Positions 1-14,315 of a stretch of DNA of 64,000 bases are shown piece by piece. Numbering within the stretch: the stretch's first letter is position 1; every line of letters starts with the position of its first letter. The notes below the pieces were generated by a model. It was not told where the DNA came from and did no database searches. It saw only the letters and a list, made by a program, of their open reading frames with translations. The translations under genes and the position numbers were made by a program. Source of the DNA: Thiobacillaceae bacterium. Its GTDB lineage: Bacteria; Pseudomonadota; Gammaproteobacteria; Burkholderiales; Thiobacillaceae. The stretch spans positions 21 through 64,020 of the forward strand of contig JBEPZO010000003.1 in the NCBI GenBank assembly GCA_041640815.1, written 5' to 3'.

Positions 1-494
1 TTGAAACGACTCAATCGCTCCAGGTGCTCATCCACGTCACTGCTGCTCAAGCGGCTTTTGCATTCCACCGCCACCGCATGATCGCCATCGATGACCAATA
101 GATCGATTTCCATCAGCACCACGCCGCGGTCGTCGCGCGCTTGGGCGTTGGGATAGACGCGGTGCACCGGAATGCCTTGCGCTTGAAACAGCTTCACCAC
201 CGCCGGCATGACCATGTCTTGCACAAAGTCGCCCAGGCGATTGCCCAGGTTGCCAATCTGCCGCTGGAGCTCACGCATGCGCCGGTCGGTCTCTTGCATG
301 CGGCGGTCGAATTCTCGGCTGCTTTCGCGGTTGCTTTCGCGTAGCTCGCGGATCAAACGGTCGGTCTCTTGCAAACGCCGGTCAGTCTCCTGCATCCGCC
401 GGTCGGTCTCCTGGCCCTGCAGGGCTAGGCTAGCCACCAGCGCCCGGATGTCTTCCCAGCTCATCTCAGAAGGGTCACGTGTCGGGGTGGTCAT
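1..494 (-). CDS. Partial CDS (3' end leaves the window): coiled-coil protein with a PD-(D/E)XK-like nuclease core (DUF3782-like)
   Basis: Absent from the ORF track because it is open at the edge. Reverse complement from ATG (494-492) reads MTTPTRDPSEMSWEDIRALV..QETDRRMQETDRRLQETDRLIRELRESNRESSREFDRRMQETDRRMRELQRQIGNLGNRLG..GVVLMEIDLLVIDGDHAVAVECKSRLSSSDV.. with no stop down to base 1. D..D..ExK arrangement is present (EIDLLVIDG..AVECK). Confidence 0.55.
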   Translation of the reverse strand, partial: MTTPTRDPSEMSWEDIRALVASLALQGQETDRRMQETDRRLQETDRLIRELRESNRESSREFDRRMQETDRRMRELQRQIGNLGNRLGDFVQDMVMPAVVKLFQAQGIPVHRVYPNAQARDDRGVVLMEIDLLVIDGDHAVAVECKSRLSSSDVDEHLERLSRF

Positions 495-744
495 CGGCTT
501 ACTTGCTTGCGCTCGTTCACTAAGTGTCCAAGTATACGCTTACTTCCTCGCCGGGCGCGTACGTTGAGAAATTCCGCCCCCTCACCTGCCTGCAAGGATG
601 ACCACAGCGGCTAGAAGCAAATGAGGGGTGACTATCCGGACCTAAAGCTGCGCGCAAAACGCACGCGCACGTGTGCGTTTTTGCGCGTCGCGCCATGGCG
701 CCCCTACCGACCTAAGTACCTAAGACCGCGCCAGCGGGCAGGTA

Positions 745-927
745 CCCTTTGCGGTAGAGGAACTGCGGATCAGTCACTTTTCGGAATCCGGCATGTAGGC
801 ACAGGCGGTGGTGAACATGCCGCTACTGGCCAAGTTTGTCGGGCTAGACCTAGGAGAGGATATCGTCCCGAACGCGCGCATCATCCTGGGCTTCCGCTAC
901 CTGCCCAAGCGGCGTGGCTTGGCCTGA
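745..927 (+). pseudogene. Remnant of an IS5-family transposase N-terminal (DUF772-type) region
   Basis: Reads ..PFAVEELRISHFSESGM*..MPLLAKFVGLDLGEDIVPNARIILGFRYLPKRRGLA*. This resembles the ..RRFVGL.L.D.VPD..TI..FR..L..GL.. block of IS5-type transposases. It has an internal stop, no DDE domain follows, and no inverted repeats were seen. Confidence 0.45.
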
Positions 928-1068
928 TCCTTATGGTCAATATAAATAGGCGTGAGCGGGCCAATCGGTGCGTTGGGAGGATGGCAGCTGCAGCCGCGCA
1001 GCTTGATCGGCTGCGCCGATGTTAGCCTATGCCCAAACTTCGTTTTCACTCACCAGGCTAGCTTTGTT

Positions 1069-1794
1069 ATGTCTCGCAGCGAGCACTCCGTGCGCCAGGC
1101 TCTCCTTCCCCCTCGCAGCTTTCTTTGGCGTTTTCTTAAAGCCCTGCTTTTTCTTGTCTCTTTACTCGGCTCGATCTATCTCTTGCGTTGGCTCGGGCTG
1201 GAGCTCGACCAGGGCTGGATCGACCGCGCGGTGCGCGGCCGCGGTGTCATCGGGGAGATGGTGTTCATCGGCGCGGGAGCCATGGCCATGGCATTGGGCC
1301 TGCCTCGCCAGCTCATTGCCTTTCTCGGCGGCTATGCCTTCGGCGTCCTCACGGGCACCGCTTTCGCCCTGCTGGCAGCGGTGCTGGGGTGCGCGCTCAG
1401 TTTCTACTATGCCCGCCTGTTCGGTCGTGCCTTGGTCAGCGGCCGTTTTCCGAACAAGGTTAAGCGTTTGGATGCGATTCTCAGCCGACATCCCTTCCAC
1501 ATGGCCTTGCTCATCCGGCTCCTGCCCGTCGGCCACAACTTGAGCACCAACCTCATCGCCGGCGTGTCCAGCGTGCGTGCCCTCCCCTTCCTCGCCGGCT
1601 CTGGGCTGGGCTACCTCCCCCAGACCCTCATCTTCGCCCTTGCCGGCAGCGGCGTGCATCTCGACCCTGGCTGGCGCATCGGCGCAGCAGTGGCGCTGTT
1701 TGTGCTCTCCGCCATCCTGGGTGTGTGGCTGTATCGGCGCTTTCGCCAGGAAATGGCTGCCGTGGCCATGCTCGAGTCCAAGTTAGACCAGTAG
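1069..1794 (+). CDS. TVP38/TMEM64 (DedA-related) family inner-membrane protein
   Basis: Multi-TM protein with GLPRQLIAFLGGYAFG..G..LSFYYARLFGR..LIRLLPVGHNL..N..AG, typical of the family. Start taken at the internal ATG (MSRSEH). Confidence 0.7.
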   Translation: MSRSEHSVRQALLPPRSFLWRFLKALLFLVSLLGSIYLLRWLGLELDQGWIDRAVRGRGVIGEMVFIGAGAMAMALGLPRQLIAFLGGYAFGVLTGTAFALLAAVLGCALSFYYARLFGRALVSGRFPNKVKRLDAILSRHPFHMALLIRLLPVGHNLSTNLIAGVSSVRALPFLAGSGLGYLPQTLIFALAGSGVHLDPGWRIGAAVALFVLSAILGVWLYRRFRQEMAAVAMLESKLDQ

Positions 1795-1914
1795 AGGCCA
1801 GCCTGTTACCGCCCCTAACCGGCAGGGGAGGGGAGCGAAGGACCCCCTTTGCCCCTTGGGAAACGCAACTCGACCCCCATTTGCTCGTCAATTGATCGTC
1901 TAGGAGCCGATGCC

Positions 1915-2349
1915 ATGCTTGATCCGCTACATATCGTCTGTCCGCATTGCCAGGCCGTCAATCGGGTGCCGGCCACTCGCCTCGCGCAAGGCCCGAAATG
2001 CGGCCAGTGCCACCGGCCCTTGTTCACCGCCCACCCGGTTGAGCTCAACATGGCCAGTTTCGAGCGCCACCTTGAGCGCGACGACATCCCGCTGCTGATC
2101 GATTTCTGGGCCCCCTGGTGCGGCCCCTGCCGCATGATGGCGCCTCAATTCGAGTTGGCGGCCGGCATGCTCGAGCCCCACGTGCGCCTGGCGAAAGTGA
2201 ACACGGAGGTGGAGCAGGCGCTGGCTGTACGTTACGGCATTCGCAGCATCCCCACCCTGGCCCTGTTCCGAGGTGGCCGCGAAATCGCCCGGCAGGCGGG
2301 TGCCATGGGGGCGCAGGACCTGGTGCGCTGGGTCAGGGCTCACCTCTGA
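1915..2349 (+). CDS. trxC: Thioredoxin 2 (N-terminal zinc finger plus WCGPC thioredoxin fold)
   Basis: CPHC..(16)..CGQC zinc-finger motif followed by FWAPWCGPCRMMAP active site. Length is about 144 aa. Confidence 0.9.
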   Translation: MLDPLHIVCPHCQAVNRVPATRLAQGPKCGQCHRPLFTAHPVELNMASFERHLERDDIPLLIDFWAPWCGPCRMMAPQFELAAGMLEPHVRLAKVNTEVEQALAVRYGIRSIPTLALFRGGREIARQAGAMGAQDLVRWVRAHL

Positions 2350-2367
2350 ACCCGCCGGAGGGTGGAC

Positions 2368-3780
<1,413 letters not shown>

Positions 3781-3803
3781 GCACCCTGAGGCGGGGGCGA
3801 GGA

Positions 3804-5663
<1,860 letters not shown>

Positions 5664-5693
5664 GTTTCGATCTCCCCTTTGCAAACGTGGGGA

Positions 5694-5721
5694 AAATGAG
5701 GTTCGGGAAGCTGGCTTCAAG
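5694..5721 (-). promoter_or_regulatory. Candidate sigma-32 (heat-shock) promoter of htpG
   Basis: The minus strand reads CTTGAA-N14-CCTCATTT, against the consensus CTTGAAA-N13-15-CCCCATNT. It lies about 30 nt upstream of the htpG ATG. Confidence 0.3.
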
Positions 5722-5837
5722 AGGATGGCTAGCTCGCTTCCGGCTCAGACGCGCTTCTGGCCGACTTGCTACGTAAAAAAGCGCCAACGACGTCGCTAGC
5801 CTAGGGAAGATGCCATAAGTTAGCCAGGGAGCCATTT

Positions 5838-7004
<1,167 letters not shown>

Positions 7005-7213
7005 TCATCCAACTGGTCCCTGCCGGTGGAACGCCCCCTTTAGGCAGTGGGTGTAGGGGTAGCGCATGACTCGCCGCGCCGACGCCTTGCTGGGCGGTAG
7101 CCTTCACGGGCATGGGTCTGCCAGCGCGAGCGAGCGTTTTCTCGTTTTTAGGGCCGCTTATTTGGGGCATCATTCGCGCTATGATAGCGCGCGTCCAATA
7201 GCTCAGTCACGCC

Positions 7214-7654
7214 ATGGCCGACGGCAATCAACTGAAGAGCATGGGTTTGAAGGCGACCGGGCCGCGTCTGCGCATCCTGGGTCTGTTCCAACAGGCGGAG
7301 AAACGCCATCTCACCGCAGACGAGGTCTACCGCATGCTGCTACAAGAACATGAGGACGTCGGCCTGGCCACGGTCTATCGCGTGCTGACGCAGTTCGAGC
7401 AGGCCGGGCTGCTGATCCGGCACCATTTCGACAACGAAAAAGCGGTCTATGAACTCAACCAGGGTGGCCACCACGATCACCTGCTTTGCATGCAGTGCGG
7501 CCGCGTGGAGGAGTTCTACGATGCGCAAATCGAGCAGCGGCAGCGCCAGATCGCCGAGCAGAGAGGCTTCCGCCTGCACGAGCACTGCCTTTACCTGTAC
7601 GTCGATTGCCTCAAGGAGAATTGCCCCTACCGGACGCAGGGCGGTGAGGGGTGA
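7214..7654 (+). CDS. fur: Ferric uptake regulator
   Basis: LK..GLKATGPRLRIL..H..A.EVY..L..GLATVYRVLTQFE.AGL..HHDHLLC..CG.V.EF motifs. Sits in the classic fur/bamE/recN neighbourhood. Confidence 0.9.
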   Translation: MADGNQLKSMGLKATGPRLRILGLFQQAEKRHLTADEVYRMLLQEHEDVGLATVYRVLTQFEQAGLLIRHHFDNEKAVYELNQGGHHDHLLCMQCGRVEEFYDAQIEQRQRQIAEQRGFRLHEHCLYLYVDCLKENCPYRTQGGEG

Positions 7655-7664
7655 GGCAGGCGCA

Positions 7665-9332
7665 TCACGCCTGCCGTGCGTGACGCGCAAGCATCTCGCG
7701 AGCATGCTGGCGTGTGGTCTCGGTCAGCTCCACGCCGCCGAGCATACGGGCGATCTCTTCCACCCGCGCCGCTTCGTCGAGCCGTCGGACGCGGCTGAGG
7801 CTACGCCCGTCGACCTCCTCCTTACTCACCTGCCAGTGGTGCGTGGCGCAGGCCGCCACCTGCGGCAGGTGGGTGACACAGAGCACCTGCCGGTCGCGCG
7901 CAATCTGCGCCAGCAACCGACCGACCACCTCGGCCACGCCGCCGCCGATGCCGGCATCCACCTCGTCGAAGATCAACGTGCGGGCACCGCTTCGTCCCGA
8001 CAACACGGTCTGCAACGCTAGGCCAAGGCGCGACAGCTCACCGCCGGATGCAGTGCGCGCCAGTGGGTGCAACGCCTGGCCCGCATGCGGTGCAACCCAG
8101 AACTCCACGCGCTCGCGCCCGCTCGCCTCTGGCGCACAGGGATCCAGCACCACCTGCAAGCGGCCGCCCTGCATCGCCAGCTGTTGCATGGCAGCGCTCA
8201 CCGCCTTGCCTAAGGCCTCGGCAGCCTGGCGGCGGCAGGCGCTCAAGTCTGCAGCGGCGGCCTCGTAGGCCGCCAGCGCTGCGGCCTCAGCCGCCGCCAT
8301 GGCCTCGATGTCGGCCGCCGCGTCCAGCGCCGCGAGCTGTTCACGGGCATCCGCTAGCAGACGCGGCAATTCCTCTGGGGCACAGCGCAGCTTGCGTGCC
8401 ACCGCCATCACCTGGCCGATGCGCGTCTCGGCGGCGGCCAAGGCCTGCGGGTCGAGCTCCACGCGCTCGGCATAGCGGCTGAGCTCCCGCGCCGCCTCTT
8501 GCGCCTGGATCAAGCCCTCTTCCAGCATCTGCACGCCGTCGGCGAGGCGGGTGTCGAAGGCGACGAGCGCATTCAACTTGGCCTTGGCCTGCTTGAGCCG
8601 GTCAATGATGCCATCGCCCTCGGCCTCCAACAGCTCGATCACCGCCTGAGCGCCGTTGAGCAGTTCGGCGGCATGGGCAAGACGGCGGTGGGTCTGTTGC
8701 AGCTCCTGCCATTGCTCGGCGTGAAAGTCCAGCGCGGTCAATTCCTCCACCAGCCAGGCCAGGCGCTCGCGCTCGGCGGCCTCGGTATCGGCTCGCCGCT
8801 GCGCCGCCTCGCGCTGCCGCACCGCTTGCTGCCAGGCTCGATAGGCAAGGGCGGTGCGTTCGGCCAGCGGCTTGCAGCCGCCGTAGGCATCCAACAGATC
8901 GCGTTGCATGCCGGGCTGCAAGAGCGAGTAGTGCGCGTGCTGACCATGGATGTCGACGAGGTGGCTAGTCAGCTCGCGTACCTGCTGCAGGGTGGCCGGC
9001 CGGCCGTTGATGAAGGCGCGTGAGCGTCCCTCGGCCTCCACCGTGCGGCGCAATAGCAGCTGCTCGCCTCCCCCCTCGAGGCCAGCCTCGGCTAGCCACG
9101 CTTGCAGCTGCGGCATATCGGCGAGGGAGAACTCCGCCACCACCTCGGCGCGCTTGGCCCCGGCGCGAATGACCGAGTTATCGGCACGCTCGCCAAGCAC
9201 CAGCCCGAGCGCGCCCAACAGGATCGACTTGCCTGCCCCGGTTTCTCCCGTCAAGACGGTAAAACCCGGTTGCAGCTCTAGCTCCAAGTGCTCGATGAGC
9301 ACGTAGTCGAGCAGGGTCAGGCTGACTAGCAT
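7665..9332 (-). CDS. recN: DNA repair protein RecN
   Basis: N-terminal Walker A (LTGETGAGKSILLGAL), long coiled coil, C-terminal SGGELSRL..LIFDEVDAGIGG. 555 aa. Confidence 0.95.
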   Translation of the reverse strand: MLVSLTLLDYVLIEHLELELQPGFTVLTGETGAGKSILLGALGLVLGERADNSVIRAGAKRAEVVAEFSLADMPQLQAWLAEAGLEGGGEQLLLRRTVEAEGRSRAFINGRPATLQQVRELTSHLVDIHGQHAHYSLLQPGMQRDLLDAYGGCKPLAERTALAYRAWQQAVRQREAAQRRADTEAAERERLAWLVEELTALDFHAEQWQELQQTHRRLAHAAELLNGAQAVIELLEAEGDGIIDRLKQAKAKLNALVAFDTRLADGVQMLEEGLIQAQEAARELSRYAERVELDPQALAAAETRIGQVMAVARKLRCAPEELPRLLADAREQLAALDAAADIEAMAAAEAAALAAYEAAAADLSACRRQAAEALGKAVSAAMQQLAMQGGRLQVVLDPCAPEASGRERVEFWVAPHAGQALHPLARTASGGELSRLGLALQTVLSGRSGARTLIFDEVDAGIGGGVAEVVGRLLAQIARDRQVLCVTHLPQVAACATHHWQVSKEEVDGRSLSRVRRLDEAARVEEIARMLGGVELTETTRQHAREMLARHARQA

Positions 9333-9390
9333 CGCTTTCAGGGCTCAGCGACCAGGGCATGTCAAGCTCGTGCACGCCTAGCGATTGGCT

Positions 9391-10266
9391 TCACGACAGC
9401 TTTTCCCCCCAGTGCAATTTTTGGCGTAAGGTGTGATAGTAGTTGTGATTTTCCGGGTGCAATAACCGGACGGTGTTTTCGGCGCGTTGGATGACGACCC
9501 GATCGCCGACCTGCATGTCGGCGTGTTGCTGGCCATCGAAATGCACGCGCGCATCATCCGCCTGGATCAGGTTGATCTCGATCTCTGACCGGCTATTCAC
9601 GGCGATCGGACGTGCGGACAGGGTGTGCGGGCAGATAGGGGTGAGGACGAAGGCTTCCAGCGTCGGATGCAGGATGGGCCCTCCAGCGGACAAGGCATAG
9701 GCAGTGGAGCCGGTGGGTGTTGCCACCACGAGGCCATCTGCCCGCTGGTTATAGACGAATTGGTTGTCAATGTAGATCTCAAATTCTATCAGCCGCCCGA
9801 GGGTGCTCTTGCTCACCACCACGTCATTGAAGGCATAGCTTCTATAGCACACCTGCCCCTGACGCCAGAGCTGAGCAGATAGCAGAATACGATCCTCGGC
9901 GATATATCTACCAGCTAACACCCCATCTAGGGTGGTGAACATCGAGTCCACTGCCACATCAGCCAGGAAGCCCAGCCGCCCATGATTAATCCCAATCATG
10001 GGCACACGATGGTCAACCAAAGTCCGTGCCACATTCAGCATAGTGCCATCACCACCTAACACGATGACTAAATCGGCTAGGCGGCCGATTTCTTCTAAAG
10101 TGGCTGAATTAAGATCATGGATCTGGCCGATCTCTGCGGTGTGAGCAGTGATGATGACCTCATGGCCCCGACCGATCAAATACTGGGCCAGTTGGCGCAC
10201 AGTATGACTCGAACCGATGCCATAATATCTGCCGACGATGCCGATCGTCTTGAAATTCGAGTTCAT
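9391..10266 (-). CDS. nadK: NAD(+) kinase
   Basis: GGDGT motif (VIVLGGDGTMLN), NHGRLGFL, and TPTGSTAYALSAGGPI. Confidence 0.9.
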   Translation of the reverse strand: MNSNFKTIGIVGRYYGIGSSHTVRQLAQYLIGRGHEVIITAHTAEIGQIHDLNSATLEEIGRLADLVIVLGGDGTMLNVARTLVDHRVPMIGINHGRLGFLADVAVDSMFTTLDGVLAGRYIAEDRILLSAQLWRQGQVCYRSYAFNDVVVSKSTLGRLIEFEIYIDNQFVYNQRADGLVVATPTGSTAYALSAGGPILHPTLEAFVLTPICPHTLSARPIAVNSRSEIEINLIQADDARVHFDGQQHADMQVGDRVVIQRAENTVRLLHPENHNYYHTLRQKLHWGEKLS

Positions 10267-10317
10267 GGCATGAAATTATATGGATAGTTGGTAGTTCATT
10301 GCCCTGTCCGTGCTTGC

Positions 10318-11337
10318 ATGCTCAACGAGCGCGCGCGCATCCTACTCAAGGCCTTGGTCGAGCGTTATATCGAGGACGGTCACCCCGTCGGCTCGCGTAC
10401 CCTCTCGCGCCAAGCTGGGCTCAATCTCTCACCAGCCTCCATCCGCAACATCATGGCGGATCTGGAGGAAAGCGGCTACATCGCCAGCCCGCATACTTCC
10501 GCCGGCCGCATTCCCACACCACGGGGCTATCGCCTATTCGTGGACTCGTTGCTGACCGTCAAACCCATCGAGGGTCCGCTGCTGTTCCAACTCCAGCACA
10601 GCCTCACCCCCGGCGATCCACAGCGCCTGGTGAACACGGCGTCACAGTTGCTCGCCGAGCTTACCCACTACGCCGGCATCGTGCTCACGCCCAAGCGGCG
10701 CAACCAAAAACTGCGTCAGATCGAGTTTCTCAAGCTCTCGGACAAACGTATCCTCTTGATCATGGTGACCATGGACGGCGAGGTGCAAAACCGCGTCATC
10801 CTTACGCCGCGGCCTTACACCGCTAGCCAGCTCACCCGCACGGCCAATTTCTTCAATCACCATTTCTCCGGCTTGAGCTTCGAGCAGGTTCGTCCCCGCT
10901 TACAGAAGGAGCTCCGAGCGCTCAAAGACGACATCAGTAAACTGATGGAAGCTGTCGTACAAACAGGTACCGAGGCCTTTATCGAGGCCAACACAGACTG
11001 CGTCGTCGCCGGTGAGTCCAACCTGCTTAAGACCCCAGACTTAGTAGCCAACATGGCACGGCTACGTGAGCTTTTCACCCTCTTTGAGCAGCGCACTGAA
11101 CTGCTGCAACTTCTTGAAGCGAGCCATCAAGCCACGGGGGTGCAGTTGTTCATCGGCGCGGAGTCCGGAGTGGCGCCACTGGACGCTTGTAGCGTCATCA
11201 CTGCCCCGTACACGGTCAACGGCGAGGTGGTCGGCACCCTGGGAGTGATCGGCCCGACGCGCATGGACTACCCGCGCATCATCCCCATCGTCGACATCAC
11301 CGCGCGACTGCTGTCCAACGCGCTGTCCTACCACTGA
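10318..11337 (+). CDS. hrcA: Heat-inducible transcription repressor HrcA
   Basis: [53 protein letters not shown]. Start at the internal ATG. Confidence 0.9.
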   Translation: MLNERARILLKALVERYIEDGHPVGSRTLSRQAGLNLSPASIRNIMADLEESGYIASPHTSAGRIPTPRGYRLFVDSLLTVKPIEGPLLFQLQHSLTPGDPQRLVNTASQLLAELTHYAGIVLTPKRRNQKLRQIEFLKLSDKRILLIMVTMDGEVQNRVILTPRPYTASQLTRTANFFNHHFSGLSFEQVRPRLQKELRALKDDISKLMEAVVQTGTEAFIEANTDCVVAGESNLLKTPDLVANMARLRELFTLFEQRTELLQLLEASHQATGVQLFIGAESGVAPLDACSVITAPYTVNGEVVGTLGVIGPTRMDYPRIIPIVDITARLLSNALSYH

Positions 11338-11390
11338 TCGGGATCGGTCGCCGTCTCACTCACCGATCCTCCGTTCGCTGCCACACGCGC

Positions 11391-12494
11391 ATGGCCTTCC
11401 TGCCCGAACCGCCCCATCGTCACGACCAACCCCGCCGCATCGGCATCCTCTTGATCAATCTGGGCACCCCAGAAGCGCCCACGCCGGCGGCCCTGCGGTC
11501 CTACCTACGCGAATTCCTCTCCGACCAGCGCGTAGTCGAGCTACCTCGCCTGCTCTGGTGGCCGATCCTCTACGGCATCATCCTCAATGTCCGGCCGCGT
11601 AAATCGGCCGCGAAATACGCCAGCATCTGGACGCCGGAGGGCTCGCCGCTCAGGCTGCATACCGCACGCCAGGCCGAGCTGCTGCGTGAGGCACTAGCCC
11701 GTCGCACGCCGGTGCCGCTGGTGGTGGAATACGCGATGCGCTACGGCCAACCCTCGGTTGCGGCAGCCATCGCTCGGCTCAAGGCGCAGGGCTGCAATAG
11801 GCTGCTTGCCTTCCCCCTCTACCCGCAGTATGCCGCGAGCAGCACCGGCACGGCCTTGGATGCGGTCTACCGAGTATTGCTCCAAACGCGCAACATGCCG
11901 GAATTACGCACGGTGCGCCATTTTCACGACCACCCCGGCTACATCGACGCCCTGCGCCAGAGCGTGCAGAGCTACTGGGCCGAGCACGGCCGTCCGGATG
12001 TCTTGGTGATGAGTTTCCATGGCGTGCCCCGCCGCAGCCTGGAGCTGGGCGATCCCTATCACTGTGAATGCCAGAAGACCGGCCGCCTGCTGGCCGAGGC
12101 CCTCGGTTTGGCGGCAGAGCAATATCGCGTGACCTTCCAATCCCGTTTCGGGCGGGCAGAGTGGCTCAAGCCCTACACCGCCGAGACCCTAGAGGCCCTC
12201 GGCCGCGCCAAGACACGTCGCGTCGACGTCATTTGTCCGGGCTTCGTGGCCGATTGCCTGGAGACCCTGGAAGAAATCGCCATGGAGGGCAAGACGCTGT
12301 TCCTCAAGGCCGGCGGCGGCGCCTATCACTACATCCCTGCCCTCAACGAGCGACCGTTGTGGATCGAGGCATTGGCCGACCTCACCCTCACCCATCTGGC
12401 CGGATGGTTGCCGCCGACATGGGACCCTGCCGGCCAACAGGAGGCATTGGCCCAGACATTGCAGCGGGCCCGTGCACTAGGCGCAATGAACTAG
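11391..12494 (+). CDS. hemH: Ferrochelatase
   Basis: [11 protein letters not shown]....YL.EFLSD.RV..LYPQY...TT..SFHG.P motifs. 367 aa. Confidence 0.9.
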   Translation: MAFLPEPPHRHDQPRRIGILLINLGTPEAPTPAALRSYLREFLSDQRVVELPRLLWWPILYGIILNVRPRKSAAKYASIWTPEGSPLRLHTARQAELLREALARRTPVPLVVEYAMRYGQPSVAAAIARLKAQGCNRLLAFPLYPQYAASSTGTALDAVYRVLLQTRNMPELRTVRHFHDHPGYIDALRQSVQSYWAEHGRPDVLVMSFHGVPRRSLELGDPYHCECQKTGRLLAEALGLAAEQYRVTFQSRFGRAEWLKPYTAETLEALGRAKTRRVDVICPGFVADCLETLEEIAMEGKTLFLKAGGGAYHYIPALNERPLWIEALADLTLTHLAGWLPPTWDPAGQQEALAQTLQRARALGAMN

Positions 12495-12660
12495 TAAGCT
12501 TTCTGTTTCAAAAGCGCATGAATATTAGCGTTCGCTTGTTGACTAGTATTCCTGGCTCATGCACATTTAGCGCTAGCTCGGGCAGGTCCACGCAATAGGC
12601 CTGCGGGGCAGGTTTGTATCGGTGGTTCGCCACTGTTTTTCTTTTTGTTTGGAGGAGCGC

Positions 12661-12966
12661 ATGCATAAAAAAATCCTGAGCGCGGGCCTATTTGGTGTCG
12701 GCCTGTTTGCGATAGTGGGCGCCACCATGGCGGCTGATGCCCATATTCGTACCATCGCCAGCACTTGTATGAGCTGCCACGGTCCAGATGGCAAGAGCAA
12801 ATCGGCAATGCCCACGCTTGCCGGTCTCGACAAGACCTACTTCGTTACCCAGATGAAGGCCTTTAAGTCTGGTCAACGCCCTGCCTCGGTGATGCATCGC
12901 CATGCGCAAGGCTACACGGATCAGGAGATCGAAAAGATGGGCGAATATTTCGCCGCGTTGAAGTGA
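12661..12966 (+). CDS. fccA: Monoheme c-type cytochrome, small subunit of flavocytochrome c sulfide dehydrogenase
   Basis: Signal peptide, a single CMSCH heme motif, Met ligand region SVMHRHA. GGAGGAG Shine-Dalgarno just upstream of the ATG at 12661. Immediately precedes fccB. Confidence 0.7.
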   Translation: MHKKILSAGLFGVGLFAIVGATMAADAHIRTIASTCMSCHGPDGKSKSAMPTLAGLDKTYFVTQMKAFKSGQRPASVMHRHAQGYTDQEIEKMGEYFAALK

Positions 12967-13003
12967 TATCGAACGACGCCAACCTGATGCGAGGAGAACG
13001 CAC

Positions 13004-14272
13004 ATGAATTTCAATCGCCGTGATTTCCTGACAGCCGGTGCAGCCATTGCCGTTGCTCACAGCATGCCCGGATGTGCAAGCGTTGGTGGCAACGCAGCAC
13101 CACACGTCGTAGTTGTTGGCGCTGGTTACGGGGGGGCCACCTGTGCCAAGTACATCCGCAAGTGGGATCCCAAGATCAAGGTCACCGTGATCGAGCCGAA
13201 CGACAAGTTCGTCTCCTGCCCCATCTCCAACTGGGTACTGGGCGGGCTGAAGACCATGGCCGACATCACGCATAGCTATGACACCCTGATCAAGAAATAC
13301 AACCTCAATTGGGTAAAAGACACGGTCATCGGCATCGATGTGGACAAGCGCACGGTCAGGACGGCAGGCGGTCAGACCATCGCCTACGACCGCTTGGTGC
13401 TGGCGCCGGGCATCGAGGTGCGGACCGACACCATCGAGGGGTATAAAGAGGCATATGCTGCGCAGAAGGTGGTGCATGCGTGGAAGGCCGGTCCTGAGAC
13501 GGCCCTGCTGCGCAAGCAACTCGAGGCGATGCCCGACGGCGGCGTGTTCGTGATGTCCGTGCCCATGGCCCCCTATCGCTGCCCGCCTGGGCCCTACGAG
13601 CGGGTGTGCATGGTCGCGAGCTACTTCAAGAAGCACAAACCGAAGTCGAAGATCATCCTGCTCGACGGCAACCAGGATGTGGCTTCCAAGCCGGCCTTGT
13701 TCAAGTGGGCATGGAAGACCTATTACGACGGCATGATCGATTACCGTCCCAACAACGCGCCGAAGAAGGTCGACCACAAGACCATGACGGTCTCCACCGA
13801 ATTCGACGACGTCAAGGGCGACGTCCTCAACGTCGTGCCGATCCAGCGTGCGGGCGAGGTGACCGCCTTGGCTGGGGCCCGCAACGACAGCAACAAGGTC
13901 TGGTGCGTGGTCGATTTCGTCACCTTCGAATCCACCACCGCCAAGAACGTGCACATCATCGGCGACTCGGTGCTCTCCAACCATCCCAAATCCGGGCACA
14001 TGGCGACCAACCACGCCAAGGTCTGCGCCAGCGCCATCGTCGAGCTACTCAACGGCCGGCAGCCGGACCCGGTGCCCGTGGTGGCCAACACCTGCTACAG
14101 CGCGGTATCCGAGACCACGGCGGGTCACGTCGCCACCGTGTTCCGCTACAACCCCGAGAAGAAACAGTGGGATGCGCAACCGGGCGGCGGCGCGAGCGCC
14201 CAAGGCGACGAGATCAACTTCGTCTTCAACTGGGCCTGGGCGGAATCGATCTGGGCGGAAGTGCTGAGCTAA
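13004..14272 (+). CDS. fccB: Flavocytochrome c sulfide dehydrogenase flavoprotein subunit (FCSD/SoxF family)
   Basis: Tat signal (NRRDFL), FAD dinucleotide fold VVVVGAGYGGATCAKY, about 420 aa, partnered with an upstream cytochrome c. Confidence 0.85.
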   Translation: MNFNRRDFLTAGAAIAVAHSMPGCASVGGNAAPHVVVVGAGYGGATCAKYIRKWDPKIKVTVIEPNDKFVSCPISNWVLGGLKTMADITHSYDTLIKKYNLNWVKDTVIGIDVDKRTVRTAGGQTIAYDRLVLAPGIEVRTDTIEGYKEAYAAQKVVHAWKAGPETALLRKQLEAMPDGGVFVMSVPMAPYRCPPGPYERVCMVASYFKKHKPKSKIILLDGNQDVASKPALFKWAWKTYYDGMIDYRPNNAPKKVDHKTMTVSTEFDDVKGDVLNVVPIQRAGEVTALAGARNDSNKVWCVVDFVTFESTTAKNVHIIGDSVLSNHPKSGHMATNHAKVCASAIVELLNGRQPDPVPVVANTCYSAVSETTAGHVATVFRYNPEKKQWDAQPGGGASAQGDEINFVFNWAWAESIWAEVLS

Positions 14273-14293
14273 GCCGCCAAAGTCTACCCATGC

Positions 14294-14315
14294 GGGGCCC
14301 TGCGGGGCCCCTTTT
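14294..14315. terminator. Hairpin plus T-run between the convergent fccB and lexA-like genes
   Basis: GGGGCCC-tgcg-GGGCCCC stem-loop followed by TTTT. It is also a tandem copy of tgcggggccc. Abuts the lexA-like stop codon. Confidence 0.5.

Noticed and set aside
208-567. 119-aa plus-strand ORF with RRSVSC repeats.
   Set aside because: It is the antisense reading of the QETDRR coiled-coil repeats of the minus-strand edge gene. The minus-strand product has a coherent domain structure and this one does not.
7140-7213. Possible Fur box upstream of fur (..cgctatgatagcgcgc..).
   Set aside because: It only weakly resembles GATAATGATAATCATTATC, with a short GC-rich imperfect palindrome. Not enough to call.
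9333-9390. Searched the recN upstream spacer for an SOS box (CTGT-N8-ACAG or GAAC-N4-GTTC).
   Set aside because: Neither motif is present in the 58-nt spacer. The promoter may lie inside nadK. This is recorded only as context for the LexA finding.
10267-10317. Looked for a CIRCE element (TTAGCACTC-N9-GAGTGCTAA) upstream of hrcA, and also upstream of htpG.
   Set aside because: No match to either half-site was found in these spacers. CIRCE is probably located at groESL/dnaK loci outside the window.
12863-14014. 383-aa ORF antisense to fccB. Similar long antisense or alternative-frame ORFs occur at 31819-33102, 46179-47321, 51106-52176, 61710-62846, 27587-28681 and 38506-39240.
   Set aside because: All lie opposite or out of frame to genes with clear family motifs. 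Their translations are Arg/Gly/Ala/His-rich low-complexity strings, typical of stop-codon-poor frames in high-GC DNA. No recognisable motifs were seen.
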